Source of the DNA: Aureliella sp.
GTDB taxonomy: Bacteria; Planctomycetota; Planctomycetia; Pirellulales; Pirellulaceae
Length of the DNA stretch: 64,000 bases
Direction: 5' to 3'
NCBI GenBank assembly: GCA_963691875.1
Contig: OY829846.1
Coordinates: forward strand, 1,216,001-1,280,000
The position numbers and the translations under genes were made by a program. Below are positions 60,957 to 64,000 of this stretch, piece by piece. Positions within the stretch are counted from its first letter, which is position 1. Each line of letters begins with the position of its first letter. Below the pieces are notes generated by a model. The model had not been told where the DNA came from. It searched no databases and was given only the letters and a program-made list of their open reading frames with translations.

Positions 60957-61800
60957 TCATGCAGCTGGATCGCGTTCGGCACTTGTAATTGCGTTGATGG
61001 CGTCCGCGGCCGCTTGCCGCACATCGCGTTCTCTGGACTGGGCCAGCGGCTGAATATGCTCCAGGCTGTGTATCGCCCCAGTTTCGCCCAAAACTTCACA
61101 GGCTCTTTCTTGGTGATAGCTGGACCAGTCTTGTAGCATCGGTCAAAACCTAGATTCGATCTTGGGAGATTCGATCCTCAACGTTATTTGAATGCAGCAC
61201 TCTCTGATTCTTAGTGTGACCATATTGCGAACCAACGCTTCGGTCACGCGAACATCTTCGATGCCTGCCAGAACGTGTGATAACTCGCGAATGAAGTCCT
61301 TGCACTCCGCGTAGGATGAAACAAAGCGAGTCGATGTTCTCATCGGTAACGAAATTTTCCGCGCGCTTTGCGAACTCCTCGGTCCTAAATCTTTCGACGG
61401 AGAGCCTGTGTCGAAAAGCACTTCGCTTAGCTGTCTCGCAGAGATGCTTAAAGGCCAGCCGTCCGAACTCCGCAATCTGCGACTTGGTCAGCGTAAAGCC
61501 ATTTTCCGCAATGGCAACTTGTTCTGACAACCGAATGGCAGCTTTGCCGCGTCTTAGCGAATCGGAAAGATCGTCCTTGCAGATATCCATGCGGTCCGCG
61601 TTTGAAATCCGCAATCGAACTGGTTCATCCCTAAGCGGCAAGCTAGATAGTTTTCGCAGGAAATTGTAGAAGCGGTAGAGCTGTTGACATCCTTGGGCTG
61701 CATCAATCTTTTCAAGGATAGCCGGTGCGGCGACATACAAATGGTGTTCGGCACAGATTTCAAGCCAGTCGGTTTTGGTGCTCGCGTTATGCGCAACGTC
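60957..61800 (-). pseudogene. 5'-truncated, fragmented HEAT-repeat-like protein
   Basis: Three ORF pieces join through a 1-bp shift near 61323-61325 (DENIDSL|VSSYAECKDF) and an in-frame TGA at 61143-61145 (KIESRF*PMLQD). The last piece has ACEVLGETG...DVRQAAADAI. No convincing start before the upstream terminator. Confidence 0.65.
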
Positions 61801-61811
61801 ATCAATACGAG

Positions 61812-61839
61812 AAAAGGCTGGTCAAATGACCAGCCTTTT
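61812..61839. terminator. Bidirectional intrinsic terminator downstream of the BBP7 gene
   Basis: Perfect inverted repeat AAAAGGCTGGTCA-AA-TGACCAGCCTTTT. Confidence 0.85.
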
Positions 61840-61867
61840 AATTTGATGCAAGATTTTGCTCGGCATC

Positions 61868-63358
61868 CTACCAGAGCCATTCCGTTCCGAACGAGAAGCC
61901 TTGATAAAGTGCCTCGCCGTCTACGTTCAGGTATGGTGATCGTGCGAGTCCAAAGTTACCAGCTCCAAACACGTTGCTGAAGTCGCGAGTATTGAAGTTC
62001 TCAGGTGCAAGAGCAACATTGTCTACATAGAAGACGTTGTAGCTTCCCCGAATTGCCCAAGAGTAGTTTACCCGGTAGACAAACTGAGCAGCAGCTTCTG
62101 TCAAGTAAGCGGTGCGCCCAGTTTGCATGAACTCGCGAGCTTGGGTGATCGAGTTGGAAACCGCTGTGGATTCTACTTCTGCATGGTTACCGAAGAGTCC
62201 GGCCTTGCCTTCCACTCCGATGTGTAAACCAGGAGAAACATTCAGCCAGATGTCGCCGCCAGCTTGAACACCAGTCAACTGGTTCCGAGTCGTCGCAGTG
62301 TAGTCGAAGAAGCGGAGTTGGTTGAAAGTGAAAGTGTTGTTGTTACTTCCAATTGCACTGAAAGTGAAGGACTCGTCCAAGTCGAAGTGTCTGAGACCAG
62401 CCAACCAAGAACCTTGCACTCGATCAAAGGCACTTACCCAGCGTCGTCGATAGTTGACTTCACCGTTGTGGATTTCAGAAGTGTAAGTGATGGAGTGGAT
62501 GAAGGACCGGTCTGTGTCATCAAAACCTGGGGTTGGACCGCCTGGATTGGTTCCGAAGTCACTGAAGATCGAGAAGAGCGTTGGGTTCCCTGAAGCGACC
62601 GTGCTTGCCGCTCGACTGTCCGTCCAGCTGTTGAGACCGAAGTAGCGTGCTTCGATGCTGGATCCAACACCCAGCTGCAACGCGGCGATGAACTCGAGTC
62701 CCCATTCCAGATCGTTGAAGTCGAGGTCGCTCACCTGGAGAACAGGTGTACCTGACACGCCATTTGTACTGATGATGTCTTGTGGGATAAAGGCACCTGT
62801 TGTCGGGTTCTGAGCGGCACTTGAGAAGCCGCCAACTCGACTGGTTCGCTGAAGAGCCAAACCACCAGCATAGATGTCATACCAACGCTGCTGAGCTCGG
62901 CTGCCTTCGCTGTAACCACCAAGCAATCCGCCTAGCAGACTACCGAGCGGCCCGCAGTTACCGCAGCCATCTGGGCCGCATCCGCCTGGACCACAGTTGC
63001 CACAGGTAGCTCGACCGAGTAGTCCACCACCACCGCAATCGAACATGCCATTGCCGCACGAATCTCCACAGCCTGCGTCGCCGCAGGAGTCGTCGCCACA
63101 GCCAAAGTAGCTCCCGTTGGCATCACAACCTGTTGCACCACAATAGACAACCTCGCCGGGGGCAGGCCCTGGGAAAGCTATGCTCATTGGTCCATTTGGG
63201 GTGAAGCCTGCCGGCATGGCCCCGTATTGGCTACCGTAGGCTGGAAGCGAGCCTGGAACATTCTGTTGGGCCTCTGCAGTGCTGATCCATCCCTGGGCAC
63301 TTACCAGGAGAGCTAGCCCCACTGTCAGCCAGTGCTTAGTACCACTGAGCATTCTCAT
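61868..63358 (-). CDS. BBP7-family outer-membrane beta-barrel protein
   Basis: GGAGA RBS; signal peptide; Gly/Cys-rich N-region; GLRHFDLDE, TRNQLTGVQAG, GKAGLFGN, VALAPE, terminal GFSFGTEWLW beta-signal. Confidence 0.85.
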   Translation of the reverse strand: MRMLSGTKHWLTVGLALLVSAQGWISTAEAQQNVPGSLPAYGSQYGAMPAGFTPNGPMSIAFPGPAPGEVVYCGATGCDANGSYFGCGDDSCGDAGCGDSCGNGMFDCGGGGLLGRATCGNCGPGGCGPDGCGNCGPLGSLLGGLLGGYSEGSRAQQRWYDIYAGGLALQRTSRVGGFSSAAQNPTTGAFIPQDIISTNGVSGTPVLQVSDLDFNDLEWGLEFIAALQLGVGSSIEARYFGLNSWTDSRAASTVASGNPTLFSIFSDFGTNPGGPTPGFDDTDRSFIHSITYTSEIHNGEVNYRRRWVSAFDRVQGSWLAGLRHFDLDESFTFSAIGSNNNTFTFNQLRFFDYTATTRNQLTGVQAGGDIWLNVSPGLHIGVEGKAGLFGNHAEVESTAVSNSITQAREFMQTGRTAYLTEAAAQFVYRVNYSWAIRGSYNVFYVDNVALAPENFNTRDFSNVFGAGNFGLARSPYLNVDGEALYQGFSFGTEWLW

Positions 63359-64000
63359 TGATTTCTCTCCGCCGGCACATCGTCCGTGTATTCGCTTGTC
63401 GTGGCCACGCATCGAAGGCGCACGACGTACATCCGGTGTTACCCGAAAACTCGTTACAGATTGGCTTATCGGCAGGTGCTGGTCCAAATGTTTGCTTGAA
63501 CCCGAATAATCCGAACGTTAGGGCCAATTCAACCGCCACCCACATGCCGTTATTGTTAGAAGGGGTAGAATGGGTGAAGCTTGCGGCCAAGCAGCTGGCG
63601 TGACGTGTCAAGAGAGCTTCGCAATCGGTAGCTAGCAATGCTCCAGTCGCCCGTTGAGTGCCTGAACTCTGGCACTTCCGCAATTTGGACTTCCCACTGC
63701 GACAGAATGGATTGAGAAAACCGCCCATTATTTCAGCCCTGAAACATTTTCGAGCTTCCACTTTTCACTGATCAGGTGAATTTCTCCCAATGGACCAAAA
63801 GACTCAACCAGTGCTTTGCTGCTTGTGCGGTAACGAATATTCGGATCCAACCCAGTTTGTCATGGAGCGTTTGTTTGGCAGTGCGAATCTCGATTGGAAA
63901 GTCATCACCGCTCAGATCCAAACCGAATCGTTCGAAGAAGCCATTGCTGGCATTCAAGCTTTACATCTCAGAGCGATTCGTTTTGGCCAGCCCTTCGATA

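Noticed and set aside
63772..64000. Minus-strand ORF at the window end
   Set aside because: It is preceded by an in-frame TAA at 63961-63963 and cannot be judged without upstream sequence.
1..64000. tRNA, rRNA, IS elements, prophage, defence systems
   Set aside because: No cloverleaf or T-loop signatures, transposase, integrase, phage or nuclease motifs were recognised by eye; a tRNAscan/Infernal run would be needed to exclude small RNAs.

Overview
This is a ~53% GC (estimated by eye) chromosomal window from a planctomycete, most likely Pirellulaceae. The assignment rests on DUF1592/DUF1552 and PSD1/DUF1501 cytochrome-c pairs, DUF1559, a BBP7 barrel, an ECF sigma-Ser/Thr kinase pair, fhcC and a PEP-CTERM protein. 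It holds about 45 intact CDSs, including a sulfur-handling ArsR-rhodanese-TauE operon with two matching operator palindromes, an esterase/sulfatase pair, 5-oxoprolinase, glcE, a NanA-like lyase, and dispersed lipid genes (desaturase, YghO/bCerS-like GNAT, MMPL, two ACPs, a FabZ-ACP-FabZ cassette). I saw no rRNA, tRNA, CRISPR or transposase. Reading through stop codons reveals several unannotated decayed genes: a hybrid histidine kinase, a Ser/Thr kinase, a CBS protein, a HEAT-like protein and a frameshifted lipoprotein. The most interesting candidates are a three-hairpin structured leader upstream of the desaturase, a possible ceramide-synthase-like acyltransferase, a complementary His/Glu FabZ pair around an enlarged ACP, and a 28-residue polyQ tract. 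All family assignments come from motif recognition by eye; no searches were run.
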